NCBI RefSeq assembly: GCF_009914755.1
Contig: NC_060927.1
Origin: the human T2T-CHM13v2.0 reference genome, Homo sapiens
Length of the DNA stretch: 64,000 nt
Strand: one strand, 5' to 3'
A program made the translations under genes and the position numbers. Below the pieces are notes generated by a model, which had not been told where the DNA came from, made no database searches, and saw only the letters and a list, made by a program, of their open reading frames with translations. Below are positions 26,764-39,610 of this stretch, one piece after another. Every line of letters begins with the position of its first letter. Position 1 is the first letter of the stretch.

Positions 26764-29027
26764 AATGAAAGCCATGTATGACAGACCCACAGCTAGTATC
26801 ATAATGCATGGGAAAAACTGAAAGCCTTTCCTTTAAGAACTGGAACACAATACTGTCACCACTGTTGTTCAGCAGAGTAATGGAAGTTCTAGCTAGAGTG
26901 ATCAGACAAGAGAATGATATAAAGGGCATCCAAATTGTAAAGGAAGAAGTCAAATTATCCTTATTTTCAGATGACGTGATTTTATATTTGGAAAAGCCTA
27001 CTTTACAAGAAAACTATTAGAACTGATGAAACGAATTCAGCAAAGTGTCAGAATACAAAATCAATATACAAAAATCAGTAACATTTCTATATGCCAACAG
27101 TGAACAATGTGAAAAAGAAATTTAAAAAAGTAATCCCATTTACAATAGCTATACATAAAATTAAATACTTAGGGATTAACCAAAGAATTGAAAGATCTCT
27201 ATAATTAACCCTATAAAAACACTGATGAAAGAAATTGAAGAAGACCCTAAGAAATGGAAAAATGTTCTACGTTCATGAATCAGAAGGACCAATATTGTTA
27301 AAATATCCATGCTATCCAAAGCTATCTATAGATTCAATGCAATTTCTATCAAAATACCAATGACATTCTTCACAGATGTAGAAGAAACAATCTTAAAATT
27401 TAGATGGAACCACAAATGACCCAGAATAGCCAAAGCCACCCTAAGCAAAAAGAACAAGACTGGAAGAATCACATTACCTGACTTCAAATTATACTACAGA
27501 GCTATAGTAACCAAAACAGCATAGTACTAGCATAAAAGCAGACACATAGACCAATGAAACAGAATACAGAATGCAGAAAGAAATCCACACACTACACTGA
27601 ACTCATTTTTGACAAAGATGCCAAGAACATATGCTGGAGGAGAGACAGTCTTTTAAATAAATGGTGCTGGGAAAACTGGATATCTATAAGCAGAAGAAAG
27701 AAACTAGGCTTCTATCTCTCGCCATATGCAAAAATCAAATCAAAATGAATGAAGATTTTAATCTAAGACCTCAAACCATGAAAGGACTATAAGAAAACAT
27801 TTGGAAAAATCTCCAGGACATTGGTCTGGGCAAAAATGTCTTGAGGAACACCCCAGAAGCACAGGCAACCAAAGTAAGAATGGAAAAATAGGATCACATC
27901 AAGTTGAAAAGCTTCTGCACAGCAAAGGATACAATCAACAAAGTGAAGAGACAACCCACAGAATGGGAGAAAATATTTGCAAACTACTCACATGACAAGG
28001 GATTATTCAGCAGAATATATAAGGAGCTCAAGCAACTTTATAGGAAAAAAAATCTAATAATCTGATCAAAAGATGGACCAAAGATTTTAATAGACATTTC
28101 TCAAAAGAAGACATTGAAAAGGTGCTCAACATCACTGATCATCAGAAAAACGCAAATTAAAACTACAATTAGATATCATCTCACCCCAGTTAAAATGACA
28201 TGTATTTAAAAAACAGGCAATAACAAATGCTGGCGAGGCTGTGGAGAAAAGGGAACCTTTGTACACAGTTGGTGGGAATGTAAATTGGTACAATCATTAT
28301 GGAGAACAGTTTGGAAGTTCCTCAAAAAACTAAAAATTGAGCTACCATATGATCCAGCAACCCCACTACTGGGGATATATCCAAAAGAAAGGAAATCAGT
28401 ATATCGAAGAGATATCTGTGCTCCTATATTTGTTGCAATGCTGTTCACAATAGCTAAGATTTGGAAGCAACCTAAGTGTCCATGAGCAAATGAATGGAGA
28501 AAGAAAATGTGGTAGATATAAACAATGGAGGACTGTCCAGGAATAAAAAAGAATGAGATCCCATCATTTGCAACAACATAGATGGAACTTGAGATCATTA
28601 TGTTAAGTGAAATAAGCCAGATGCAGAAAGACAAACATTGCATTTTTTCACTTATTTGTGGGATCTAAAAATCAAACACTGGAACTCATAGATATAGAGA
28701 GTAGAAGGATAGTTACTAGAGGCTGGGAATGGTGGTGCGGAGTTGCGGAGTATATGGAGATGGTTAAAGGGTACAAAATATAGAAAGAATGACTAAGACC
28801 CACTATTTGATAGCACAACAGATGACTATAGTCAATAATAACTGTACATTTAAAAATACCTTTGAAAGTGCAATTGGATTGTTTGCAAATCAATGGATAA
28901 ATATTTGAAGGTATGGATAACCCATTCTTCATGATGTGTTTATTTCATATTGCACACCTGTATCAAAACATCTCATGCAGATATATGCCTACTATGTACC
29001 CAAAAAAATTCAAAATTAAAAATTTTA
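26764..29027 (+). mobile_element. 5'-truncated L1MA (L1MA1-3-like), ~2.3 kb
   Basis: ORF2 remnants ([15 protein letters not shown] motif; [18 protein letters not shown]), L1MA 3'UTR and A-rich tail; degenerate TSD aacagttatattt (26750-26762) / aaaagttatgttt (29028-29040). Confidence 0.92.
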
Positions 29028-29430
29028 AAAAGTTATGTTTATACTATAGTGTAGGCTATTAAATGTACAATAGCATTATGTCTTTAAAAAAGAATGCACA
29101 TACTTTAACTGAAAAGTGTTTTATTGCTTAAAAATGCTAATAGTCATCTAAGCCTTCAGAGAGTAATATTTTTGCTGGTGGAGTGTCTTGCCTTGATGAT
29201 AATGGCTGCTGACTGATCAGAGAGGTGGTTGCTGAATGTTGGAGTGACTGTGGAAGTTTCTTACGATAAGACAACGATGAAGTTTGCTTCCTCAATTGAC
29301 TCCTGTTTTCACAAAAGATTTCTATACAACATGCAGTGTTGTTTGATACCAGTTTACCTATAGAACTTTAATCGAAATTGAATTAAATCCTTTCGAGTAC
29401 TACCACCACCTTATCAACAAAGTTTATGTA

Positions 29431-29509
29431 TTAGGTTAGTGCAAAAGTAGTTGTGGGTTTTGCCATTGAATATAATGGCCAAACCGCAATTACTTTTGCA
29501 CCAACCTAA
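29431..29509. mobile_element. MADE1 (Hsmar1-derived MITE)
   Basis: TTAGGTTAGTGCAAAAGTA...TACTTTTGCACCAACCTAA inverted repeats, 79 bp, flanked by TA on both sides. Confidence 0.95.
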
Positions 29510-31493
29510 TAATATTCTAAATCATTGGTTGACATTTCAAAAACGTTTATAGTATCTTCACCAGGAGTAGATTTCATCTCAAAAAAACTAACTTCCATTG
29601 CTTATCCATAAGAAGCAAGTCATCCATAGGAAGCAAGTCATCATCTGTTCAAGCTTTATTAATGTTATGAGAATGCAGCAATTCAGTCACACCTTCAGGG
29701 TTCATATATCTAATTCTAGTTTTCTTACAGTTTCTACCATATCTGCAGTTACTTCCTCCAGTGAAGTCTCACATCCCTCAAAGTCATTCATGACAGCTGA
29801 AATCAACTTCTCCCAACCTTCTCTTAATTTTGATGTTTTGACGTTCTCTTATGAATTGCAAATGTTCTTAATGGCATCTACAATGATGAATCCTTCTCAG
29901 AAAGTTTTCAATTTATGTTGCCCAGATCTATCAGAGGAATCATTATTTATGGAAGCTATGGCATTACAAAATGTATTTCTTAAATAATATGTCTTGAGAG
30001 TCAAAATTACTCTTCGATCCAAGGGATGTGGAATGAATGTTGTGTTAGCAGGCATGAAATATTAATCATCTATACATCTCCAACAGAGCTCTTGGGTGAC
30101 TAGGTGCATTTTCAATGAGTAGTAATATTTGGAAAGGAATTTTTTTTCTGGGTAATAGTTCTCAACAGTGGTTTTTAAATATTCAGCAAACCATGCTGTA
30201 AACAGATGTGCTGTCATCTGGATTTTGTTCCATTTATAGAGCACAGAGTAGACCTAACATTATTCTTAAGGGCTCTAGGATTTTCAGAATGGTAAGTGGG
30301 CATTAGCTCCAAGTTAAAGTCACCAGCTGCATTTGCACCTGACAAGAGAGTCAGCCTGTCCTTTAAAGCTTTAAAGTCAGGCAAAGTCTATGATAGCATC
30401 TTAGATAGCATCTTCTTCAAATACTGTGTAAGACTGTTTTATCTGCATTGAAAATTTGTCATTTAGTGTAACCACCTTTACAAGTTATCTCAGGTAGATA
30501 TTCTGGATAACTAATATTGCAGTTTCTACGTCAGCATTTGCTGCTTCCTCTTGTACTTTTATGTTATAGGGGCGGCTTCTTTCCTTAAACCTCATAAACG
30601 AACCTCTACAATTTGAAACATTTCTTCTGCAGCTTCCTCACCTCTTTCAGCCTTCACTGAATTGAATAGAGTTAAGGTCTTGCTCTGAAGTGGGCTTTGG
30701 CTTAAGGAAATGTGGCTAGTTTAATCTTCTATGCAGACTGCTAAAACCTTCTCCATATCAGCAACATGCCTGTTTTGCTTTCTTATCACTCATGTGTTCA
30801 CTGAAGTATCACTTTTAATTTCCTTCAAGAGCTTTTCCTTTGCATTCACAACTTAGCTAACTGTTGCGAGAGGCCTAGCTTTTGGTTTGTCTCAGCTTTT
30901 GACATGCCTTCCTCACTAAGCCTAATCATTTTCAGCCTTTTATTTAAAGTGAGAGATGTGCAACTCTTCATTTTGGTTGGACACTTACAGGCCATTGTAG
31001 GGTTATTATAGACCTCATTTCAATACTGTTAAATCTCAAGGAATAAGGAAGCTTGGGGAGAGGGAGAGAGAGGGGGGAACAGTCAGAACACACACAACAT
31101 TTATTAAGTTCATTGTCTTATATGGGTGTGATTTGTGATGCCTCAAACATTACAATGGTAACATCAAAGATTGTTGATCAGAGATAAATATAACAGATAA
31201 AATAATAATGAAAAAGTTTGAAATATTGAGAGAATTACCAGAATATGACATAGAGACACAAAGTGAACACATGCTATGGAATAAATGGTGCCAATAGACT
31301 TGTTTGACTCAAGGTTGCCGCAGACCTTCAATTTTTAAAAAATTGAATATCTGCCAAGTGCAATAAAGTTAAGTGCAAAAAAAAGGATATGTGCTGGTAT
31401 ATTTTTGTTATTGTTTAAATTTGAAATGTTTACACAAGGCCTTCTAGCAACTTTGGCTTTTTTTTTTCTTAGCATTCTTTTTTAATTGATTTA

Positions 31494-31622
31494 TTTTTTT
31501 AAGTTTAGAGACGGAGACTCACCATATTGCCTAGACTGGACTTAAATTCCTGGGCTCAAGCAATTCTCTTGCCTCAGCCTCCCCAGTAGCTAAGACTACA
31601 GTTGCATGCCCCCATGCTGGGC
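31494..31622 (-). mobile_element. FLAM Alu monomer
   Basis: agagacggag...cctgggctcaagcaattctcttgcctcagcctcc. Confidence 0.85.
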
Positions 31623-32803
31623 CTGAGCATTTTGTAATAAGTAGCTTTTCAGGACTTAAACTTTAGTGTTTTGTTGCTGATGTCTTTGCTATTTTTGTTT
31701 GTTTATTGTTGTTGTGTTAAACCTGGCTATTTTAGTGCTTGTTCCATTGTCTGCACAGCTTTGCATTCAGCTAATGTTTGCAACAGTATTTGTTCTTAAA
31801 CAACTTGAGCTTCTATGTGTGCTTGGGGGAGTGTTACATGAACATGCAAAGTTCAGCTAGCTCTCAATTTCATCTTGACTTTCACTTTCATCTTGACTCC
31901 CTTAGATCTCCTCTTTGTGTGTGTATAGTTTTTTAATCAACCAGGGATATGGAGAGTTTATCTAGCCCTTCTCTGGCACTCTCGTGTTCATAATCTCCTC
32001 ATTTTGTTTCTGGCTGGACATTGCTTATGTGAAATGGGATTGAAGCCTCGAGTTTTCAGAGCCATGGGTTTTCTTTGTTTCCTTTCAAGTTTGCTGATTA
32101 CTGTCAATGCTGTCATGGATTTTTGCCCACTGACCTAAATGAAGTCAATTTCCTTTGGCAGAAAGGTTGATAGTTTCTCTGGCCAGCTCTATAGGGGTAA
32201 AAATAACATTCTTGTTGAAAAAAATAGGAGGTAGGGTGCAGGAAGGAGGGTACAAGTAGTGGTGGAATGAGAATTTTGCCTAGAGGCAAAAGCCACAGAT
32301 CATCACTCTTTTTACCTTCATAAATAAGTTAAAAAATCTTAGTAATAAATGACTCTCAATTAATTTTTTGTCGGTGGCCAATTTCCATTGCCTCCAAAAT
32401 GATCATTTTAGACAATTTTATTGAATTTTGTACTTCTTGGGGGCAAGCGTATTCATAGATCTTTTCACCTTTCCATAGCCATAAAGTTTGCCTGCTCTTA
32501 GTTTTCTTCACTCTCCTAGAATGTGATTTCTGTCCTTCAGATTACCATCTGATTAAAAATGGCTGCTACAGCTCAGATATCACATTAAAGTTCCCGGTCA
32601 AAAAAACCAGAAAGGGTGAAAGTATAAAATTGGTGCCTCTGCCTGCTGATTCATGTCCTTTTAAAAAGCCTTACCAGTTGTCCACACAACACTTTTGCTT
32701 ACATATTATTGGTCAAAACCTAATCATATGGCCATAACTAGGTGTATGGCATATTGGGAAATGTTATTTTAAAATTTGTTTTCCATGCAAATAGAATCAG
32801 AGT

Positions 32804-32918
32804 GGCCAGGTGTAGTGGCTCACTGTGTCATCCCACCATACTGGGAAGCTGAGGCAGGAGGATCCTTTGAGCCCAACAGTTCAAGACCAGCCTGGGCAAC
32901 ATAAAGAGACTCCATCTC
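32804..32918 (+). mobile_element. FLAM Alu monomer
   Basis: ggccaggtgtagtggctcac...ttcaagaccagcctgggcaacata. Confidence 0.88.
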
Positions 32919-33047
<129 letters not shown>

Positions 33048-33114
33048 AATGAGCTTTCTTAGGAAAAAGAAGAGAACAGCTATTGAATGGCAATCAACAT
33101 CTCTACCACACTAT

Positions 33115-33375
33115 CTTTAAATTTCAGCTCAAGTACTATGGTTCTCTTCCTGAAATGCTCAATCTTCCATAAATTATCTCAGCCAATAAAACACTTACCT
33201 TTATTCTGTAGAATTCATTTGGTATTTATCACATTCTTCTTTGCTTGCCTTCTTGTCTTTTTTATCCAACTGTGTAATAAGCCTTCTGAGTGTGGCATTT
33301 ATTTTTATACCTCTTTAGAGCTACATGCAGTGTCTAGCACACTTTGCATATAGTTGAAGCTTAATACACTTTTAA
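33115..33375 (+). mobile_element. L2 3' fragment
   Basis: cagtgtctagcacac...atagttgaagcttaata. Confidence 0.5.
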
Positions 33376-33625
33376 AAATTATTTTATCACATTATCAAAA
33401 ATGAGTAATGGCAAAATGTCAGAACTAGGAGGGAATCAAAGCAAACCTCACCTCTCCCTGCACCACCCTACCTTGTTTTCTCCCCAGTGTTTTTCTAGAA
33501 TTGACCCAGCTTGTCAAAGTCATCTGGTAGTCCATATTTTTTAGACATCCATTGGTAACTTTTTCCAGGAATACTTTACTTCATGTGAAACTTTCTTTCA
33601 AACTTTACTTTGTGGGGTTCATGAC

Positions 33626-34044
33626 TGTATTAGGCCAGTTTGCATTGCTGTAAAGAAATGCTTAAGGCTGGGTAATTTATAAAGAAAAGAGGTTTATTTT
33701 GGTTTGCAGTTTTGCAGGCTGTACAGGAAACATGGTGCCAGCATCTGCTTCTAGTGAGGGCCTCAGGGAACTTATAGTCATGGTGGACAGTGAAGGAAGA
33801 GCTGGAGTGTCACATGGTGAGAGACGAAGCAAGTGAGAGGAAGAGGGGCCAGACTCTTTTAAACAATAAGATCTCAGAGGAACTACAACAGTGAGAACTC
33901 ACTCATTATTGTGAGGAAATCACCAAGCCATTTATGAGGGATCTGCCCCCAAGACCTAAACACCTGCCACTGGCCCTCACCTCCAACATTGGGGATCACA
34001 TTTCCACATGAGATGAGGATGGGCCAAGCATCCAAACTATATCA
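33626..34044 (-). mobile_element. MST (MSTA/B-like) MaLR solo LTR
   Basis: tgtattag...ctatatca; perfect 5-bp TSD ATGAC (33621-33625, 34045-34049). Confidence 0.93.
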
Positions 34045-34798
34045 ATGACTGAGCTACAGCTTCTCAGAACTGTAGATGGCTGTCTGTGAAGCAGGAGTTG
34101 GTAGCCATCCAGCTTTCCTGGGCGGAAGTCCATACTATAAACTGATTGCCAAAATTGGGAAAAATTCTCTAGATTCAGTAGAAAAGAAACTACATGGACA
34201 GACAGCAGAATCTGAAGTTCAAATAGCCTTTTCTGGCTTGAGCAGCTTCCTGAAGCTCATTGCCAGTCAGGATGAGCTTTGTATATCCCACTAACTCTAG
34301 GCACTTGATTTCCTGGGTGCTCTAATCTAGGAAGAGTCAGCCTGGATTCTTCTCCTCAGCCTACGTTTTAAAAAAGAAGAAGAAAATTTAAAAATGGGCA
34401 TTTATTTCTCAGTTACCTGTAAGTGTATTGCTACAGTCCAAGGGAAGAAGAGCATGACTGAAATTATTTTTAATAACTACATACATTGATTTCTGACCCC
34501 AACATATTCTTTGTTGAGATTGCAGCTATTTCTTAGGAGTTATGGAAAGGCTATAACTTAGTTTTCTGAAAACTTTATGCTAGAGTTAATTTTACTGTGG
34601 CCCTCACAGATTCATACGTTTATCTGCAAACTCCTTTCTTTTTGGCCATTCCTTCCAAATAAAAAAAGCTAACCAGGTTAAGGCATTGAAGGTAAAGAGT
34701 CCCTCAAAGACAAGAAAAATTACCATATATATTAAACGTACTGATTTGTACACACACACGCGTGCAAATACACATGAAGCACCTCACTATTTAATCTG

Positions 34799-34838
34799 AT
34801 ATATATATCAGATTATATATATATATATATATATATAT
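34799..34838. repeat. (TA)n microsatellite, interrupted
   Basis: Direct inspection. Confidence 0.9.
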
Positions 34839-35054
34839 CTAAAGTTGTTACAACTATTAAAGTGGTGGCTTGGAAATGCAGCCAAAGAAAACAGTGACTC
34901 CTGAGTTGAGAGGTTTTGTAAACTGGGATGTCCTATCTAGCTAAACTAAGATCAAATTATTTGAAATGTAAGAACATATTTTGTGCTAATCTAGACCACA
35001 GAAGGACAGCATGCAAAATAATTTTCAAATAAACACTTTTTAAGTATTTTTTAG

Positions 35055-35130
35055 GCTTTGGTTTCCTCACCTGTAAAATGAGAGAGTTGGATCAGGATAT
35101 CTCAGAAGCCTATTTCAGCTCCATGGTTTT
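35055..35130 (+). mobile_element. MIR/MIR3 core fragment
   Basis: gtttcctcacctgtaaaatgaga. Confidence 0.7.
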
Positions 35131-35904
35131 AGAGCTTTATAGAAAATCAGTTGACTAAAATCAACATGGTAGACGGACATTATACTGAATTTAATGAAAT
35201 TTCTGATATCCTCAGTAAGACTTTCCTGTCTAAACTAACACAATCACATTGAACACTGATTACATTATGCTTCCTATCCCTCCCCATTTCCTCATAAATA
35301 TGGGTTGTCGCAAATAATTTTCCTAAGGTTTGAACTGTGGTTTTGTTGAATTCTTAGTGACTCATTTGCATGCTGTATCATTATCTCATTTTGTTTATTG
35401 CTGACTTAATCAGGTGCCTCTATGGAATGGCAGTCTCCAGAATGTAAAAAGCAAATCATTAGTCATGGCAGGAAGTAAAAAACAGGTGCATTGTGCTCAG
35501 CTATGCCAACTTAATATAGCAGAAAACTGTAGTCAGCTTTCTGGGGGGCACCTATCATAAGCTGGGTAAAGTTTTTGACTCTCCCTCATAACTTAATCAC
35601 TTGCTTTCATTCTCAGTATATATGAAGCAATAACAACATCAATATCATCTCCCCCTCAGGCTACAACAACATCCATGCCTTGCATTTTCTGCTTGTTTCA
35701 GACCTTCCTCCTCTTTCACAAGAACATTGTGACTTCCTTTCTAATTAAAAAAGATGAGAAATCTTAAATGGCTTCATTTTTTCTCTCTACTTTTGCTCAC
35801 ATCTCTCACTGATATCAAACTATCCCCGAAAGTAGCATTTTTCCTTTTAAAGAGAAGAGGTATATTCACAATCTCTAAAAACATCCTTCCAACTATCCAA
35901 GAAT

Positions 35905-37622
35905 TTGACAAATAAATATTTATTAAGCACCTACCATGTGCTAAGCACCAGGGATGCTAAAACAAATAAACCATGCTCCCATATAGACCTCACTATCTAG
36001 GGGAATTGATAGGCATGCAAACTGACAAATACAAATAGCATGGTAAAGAAGATGTATCAGAGGTAAATTTTATTACTCAGAGTTCTCCAGAGAAGCAGAA
36101 CCAACAAGATATATGCAGATATATAAGAGGAGATTTATTATGAAAATTGGCTCATGTGATTATGGAAGTCAACAATTTCCATGATATGCTGTCTGCAAGC
36201 TTTAGAGCCAAAAATACCAGTAGTGTAATTCAGTCTGACTTTGAAAGGCTGAGAATGAGGAGAACTGAAAGCGTAAGAACCAGGACTTGTGGGGGTTCCT
36301 GGTGAAAATCTGAGTTCAAAGGCCTTAGAACCAGGAACTCTAATATCCAAGAGCAGGAGAAAATGGATGACCCAGATCACAAAGAGAGAAAGAGAGAATT
36401 TGCATCTTCTCAGACTTTTGTTCTATTTGAGTGGGACCTCAATGGATTGAATGATGCTTGCCAACATTGGTGAGGGTGATCTTTACTCAGTCTATCAATT
36501 CAAACGCTAATCTCTTCTTGAAATATCCTTAAATACACAATCAGAAATCGTGTTTTTCTAGCTATCTGGCATCCCTTAGCTCAGTCAAGTTGACACACGA
36601 GATCAACCACCACAAAATTACTGGACATATGGGAGCAAGTAGATGAAAAGTGCCTAAGTCAGATACGGCAGTAGGACAGAGTCAAAGAAAGATTTTCAGA
36701 GGAGAAAATATCAGCAGTGAGTATTGAAGGGCAATTGTGAATTAGGCATTGAAGCAGAAGAAATGGGCACTCTGGGCAGCAGCCAGAACCTATGCCAGGA
36801 GGTGAGGGAGCAGTGGGGGAATTGCAAATGGTTAAATATTGTGGAAAAACAGAGTCGGAATAGGGATAAAGGGGAATGTCAAAAAAAATAACAATGACAA
36901 GGTAGACAGGGGCCATGATACATAGGCCCAGTAAACTATATTATGGAACTTCAGTTTTATTCTAAAGACTCTAGGTTCTGGAGAAACAAGAAAGTATTTG
37001 AAATAAGACAATCATTTGACTAAATTTGCATTTTAGTAGATCACACTGAATTCAGTGTAAAGGTCAGAGTCAAGGGCAGAGCAAGGCACATAGTAGGACC
37101 CTAGAAATTATTTGTTGAATAAATGAATGGTGTCAGGACACGAATGGATTGGTACAGGCATATCTGAAGGCAGAGAGTCCTAGTGATGACTGTTGCAATA
37201 ATTATTTAAATTAATAATGCTGAGGATGGGGAGAAGAAAATGTATTTGAGAGCAATTAAGGAGGTATAATTGATAAAGGTCTTGATTATTTTTATATAGG
37301 TGGGAAAAAAGGAAATGAGGAATGCAAGATGAATACCAAGTTTTTACATTAAATTGCTAGATAGAGAAGGCTGGGACATTTCTTTAGGTAGAAGACACAG
37401 AAGGTGAAGCAAATTATGGAGAAGAGGATGGAGCTAAATCACTTAAATTTGGACAAGTTGGATTTGAGATGTGGTAGAAATATACAGTTGAATGTTCAAA
37501 TCAGGAACTTAGGAGATAAGTATGGGTTGAAGATACAGATTTGAGAATCATCACTGAATAAGCAATCAGGCCATCAGAGCAGATAAGATCAGTCATGTAA
37601 CTTGAGCAGAATAAAAAGAAGA
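35905..37622 (-). mobile_element. L2 fragments split by MLT2B
   Basis: aaatatttattaagcacctaccatgtgc tail; ttttattctaaag, ttgcattttag, aaatttggacaagttggatttgagat. Confidence 0.75.
36069..36614 (-). mobile_element. MLT2B-type (ERVL) solo LTR
   Basis: gttctccagagaagcagaacca...aattggctcatgtgattatgg...cagtcaagttgacac...aaccaccaca. Confidence 0.9.
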
Positions 37623-37626
37623 TCTG

Positions 37627-38110
37627 AGTGGGAGTGACATCAGCAAGATGGCTGCCTCTACTATCCCTCACAGAAATACTAACTGGCAAATATCTACAGA
37701 CAAGAATGCCTTTGTGAAAATCCCTCAGCCAAGGGTGAGGCATAAGAATCCCATTGGCCCACTGACACCGAGGAAAGCTACATTACAGGGGCAAAGAGTT
37801 TCACTTTGACCATGTTGCTCCTCTTTCAGGCTGACACAATGCCACACCAAGAGGGTTTCCTTGGGCCTACTGTTTCAACAGTAGGAAAAAGGGCCTAAGG
37901 CAGACATTCAGCTTCCTCAGCATTCCACATCACTTCCAGGAGGCTAATTTATTTATTGCCTGGGCAACATGAAGGGAATTGGCAGGGCTAGACCACCTGA
38001 GGCCCATTATGAACACAAAAGAGGGGTAAAGCTCACAGTGACCAGCACACAAATTTTGGCAGTGGCACCACATCCCTGCCAATGGTATTGCTCAAGCACA
38101 GAGTTCAGTC
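37627..38110 (+). mobile_element. L1M3-like 5'UTR
   Basis: Starts gggagtgacatcagcaagatggc (L1 5' end with YY1 core AAGATGGC). Confidence 0.6.
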
Positions 38111-38111
38111 C

Positions 38112-38793
38112 ACAGATGCTGGTAAGGTTGTGGAGGAAAGGGAATGTTTTTACATGGTTGGTGGGAGTGTAAATTAGTTCAATCATGGTGGAAGGGAGCA
38201 TAGTGATTCTTCAAAGATCCAGCGGCAGAAATAACATTTGGCCCAGCAATCCCACCACTGAGTATATGCCCAAGGGGATATAAATTATTTTATTATAAAG
38301 ATACATGCATGCATATGTTCATTGCAACACTATTCACAATAGCAAAGACATGGAATCAACCCAAATTTCCATCAATGATAGACTGGATAAAGAAAATGTG
38401 GTACATATACACCATGGAATACTACGCAGCCATAAAAAGGAACAAAATTATGTCCTTTGCAGGGACATGGATGAAACTGGAAGCCATTATCTTCAGCAAA
38501 CTAATGCAGGGACAGAGAACCAAACACCACATGTTCTCACTTATAAGTGGGAGCTGAACGATGAGAAAACATGGACAAATGGTGGGGAACTACATACACT
38601 GGGGCTCCTGACAGGGGTGGAGTTAAGGGAAGAAAAACATTGGGAAGGATAGCTAATGGATGCTGGACTTAATACCTGGGTGAATGGTTGATTTGTGCAG
38701 CAAACCACCATGGCACACGTTTACCTATGTAACAAACCTGCACATCCTGCATATGTACTCTGGAACTTAAAATAAAAGTCGAAGGGAAAAAAA
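38112..38793 (+). mobile_element. L1PA (PA13-like) 3' end
   Basis: ORF2 C-terminus (MFIATLFTIAKTWNQPK..WIKKMWYIYTMEYYAAIK), gcaaaccaccatggcacacg 3'UTR, A tail. Confidence 0.9.
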
Positions 38794-39365
38794 ATCCTAG
38801 AAGAAAGCCAAGAAAATCGCTGTCTTGACATTGGCCTTGCCAAGGAATTCATGGCTAAGTCCTCAAAAATAATTGCAACAAAACCAAAAATTGACAAGTG
38901 GGACCTAATTAAACTAAAGAGCTTCTGCACAACAAAAGAAACTATCAACAGAGTAAACAGATGGTGGATTGGATAGAGAAAATGTATATATACACCATGG
39001 AATACTACACAGCCATAAAAAAGAATGAACTAATGTCCTTTGCAGCAACATGAATACAGCTGGAGGCCATTATCCTAAGTGAATTACCACAGAAACAGAA
39101 AACCAAATAACACATGTTCTTACTTATAAGTGGGAGCTAACCATTGGGTACATGTGGACATAAAGATGGGAGCAACAAGCACTGGAGACTACAAGAGGGA
39201 AAAGGGGAGAGGGGGGCAAGTGTTGAAAAATACCTATTATTGGGTACTATGTCCACTATGTGTATGACAGGTTCAATCCTACCCCAAACCTCAGCATGAC
39301 ACAATATACCCTTGTAATAAACCTGCCTATGTACTCCCTGAATCTAAAATAAAAGTAGAAAAAAT
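38794..39365 (+). mobile_element. L1PA15/16-like 3' piece with an internal deletion near 38961
   Basis: gacaagtgggacctaattaaactaaagagcttctgcac, then a jump to the ORF2 end; ccaaacctcagcat 3'UTR. Confidence 0.85.
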
Positions 39366-39610
39366 ATGTCAGGTACAGAAAGATGAATATCACATGTTCT
39401 CACTCATATGCCAGAGTTTAAAAAGTGGATTTAACGAAGATAGAGAGTAAACTGGTGGTTACCAGAGGCCCGGAAAGAGAAGGGAGTCAGGGATGAAGGG
39501 AGAAAAAAGGGAATATAAATATCTTTATTACCACTGAACTGTACGATTAAAAGCGTAAAGATGGTAAATTATATGTGTATATTTTACCTCAATGAAAAAA
39601 TAAAAAAATT
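39366..39610 (+). mobile_element. L1M 3' end fragment
   Basis: catgttctcactcatatg...ggtggttaccagagg...cactgaactgtac. Confidence 0.7.

Larger units (their letters stand above)
26646..31397 (-). mobile_element. Tigger1 (pogo/Tc1-mariner), near full length with decayed transposase; interrupted by L1MA and MADE1
   Basis: TA|CAGGCATA terminal repeat at the left end; degenerate copy near 31397; ORF 30062-30244(-) LYKWN..MTAHLFTAWF.EY is a Tigger1 transposase segment. Confidence 0.93.
22990..32490 (-). mobile_element. Ancient L1M (L1MD/ME-like): 5'UTR, ORF1 and 5' ORF2, heavily interrupted
   Basis: T-rich antisense endonuclease-region sequence at 22990-24750, ORF1-like at 25200-25770 and 26420-26640, 5'UTR-like at 31640-32490. 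Confidence 0.7.

Noticed and set aside
26808-28643. Reverse-transcriptase-like ORFs as a novel RT system
   Set aside because: Frameshifted, stop-ridden remnants of ordinary L1 ORF2 in a 5'-truncated copy
29598-30244. Possible domesticated transposase (TIGD-like gene)
   Set aside because: The Tigger1 ORF is fragmented and interrupted by MADE1; the 129-aa + ORF is antisense to the transposase
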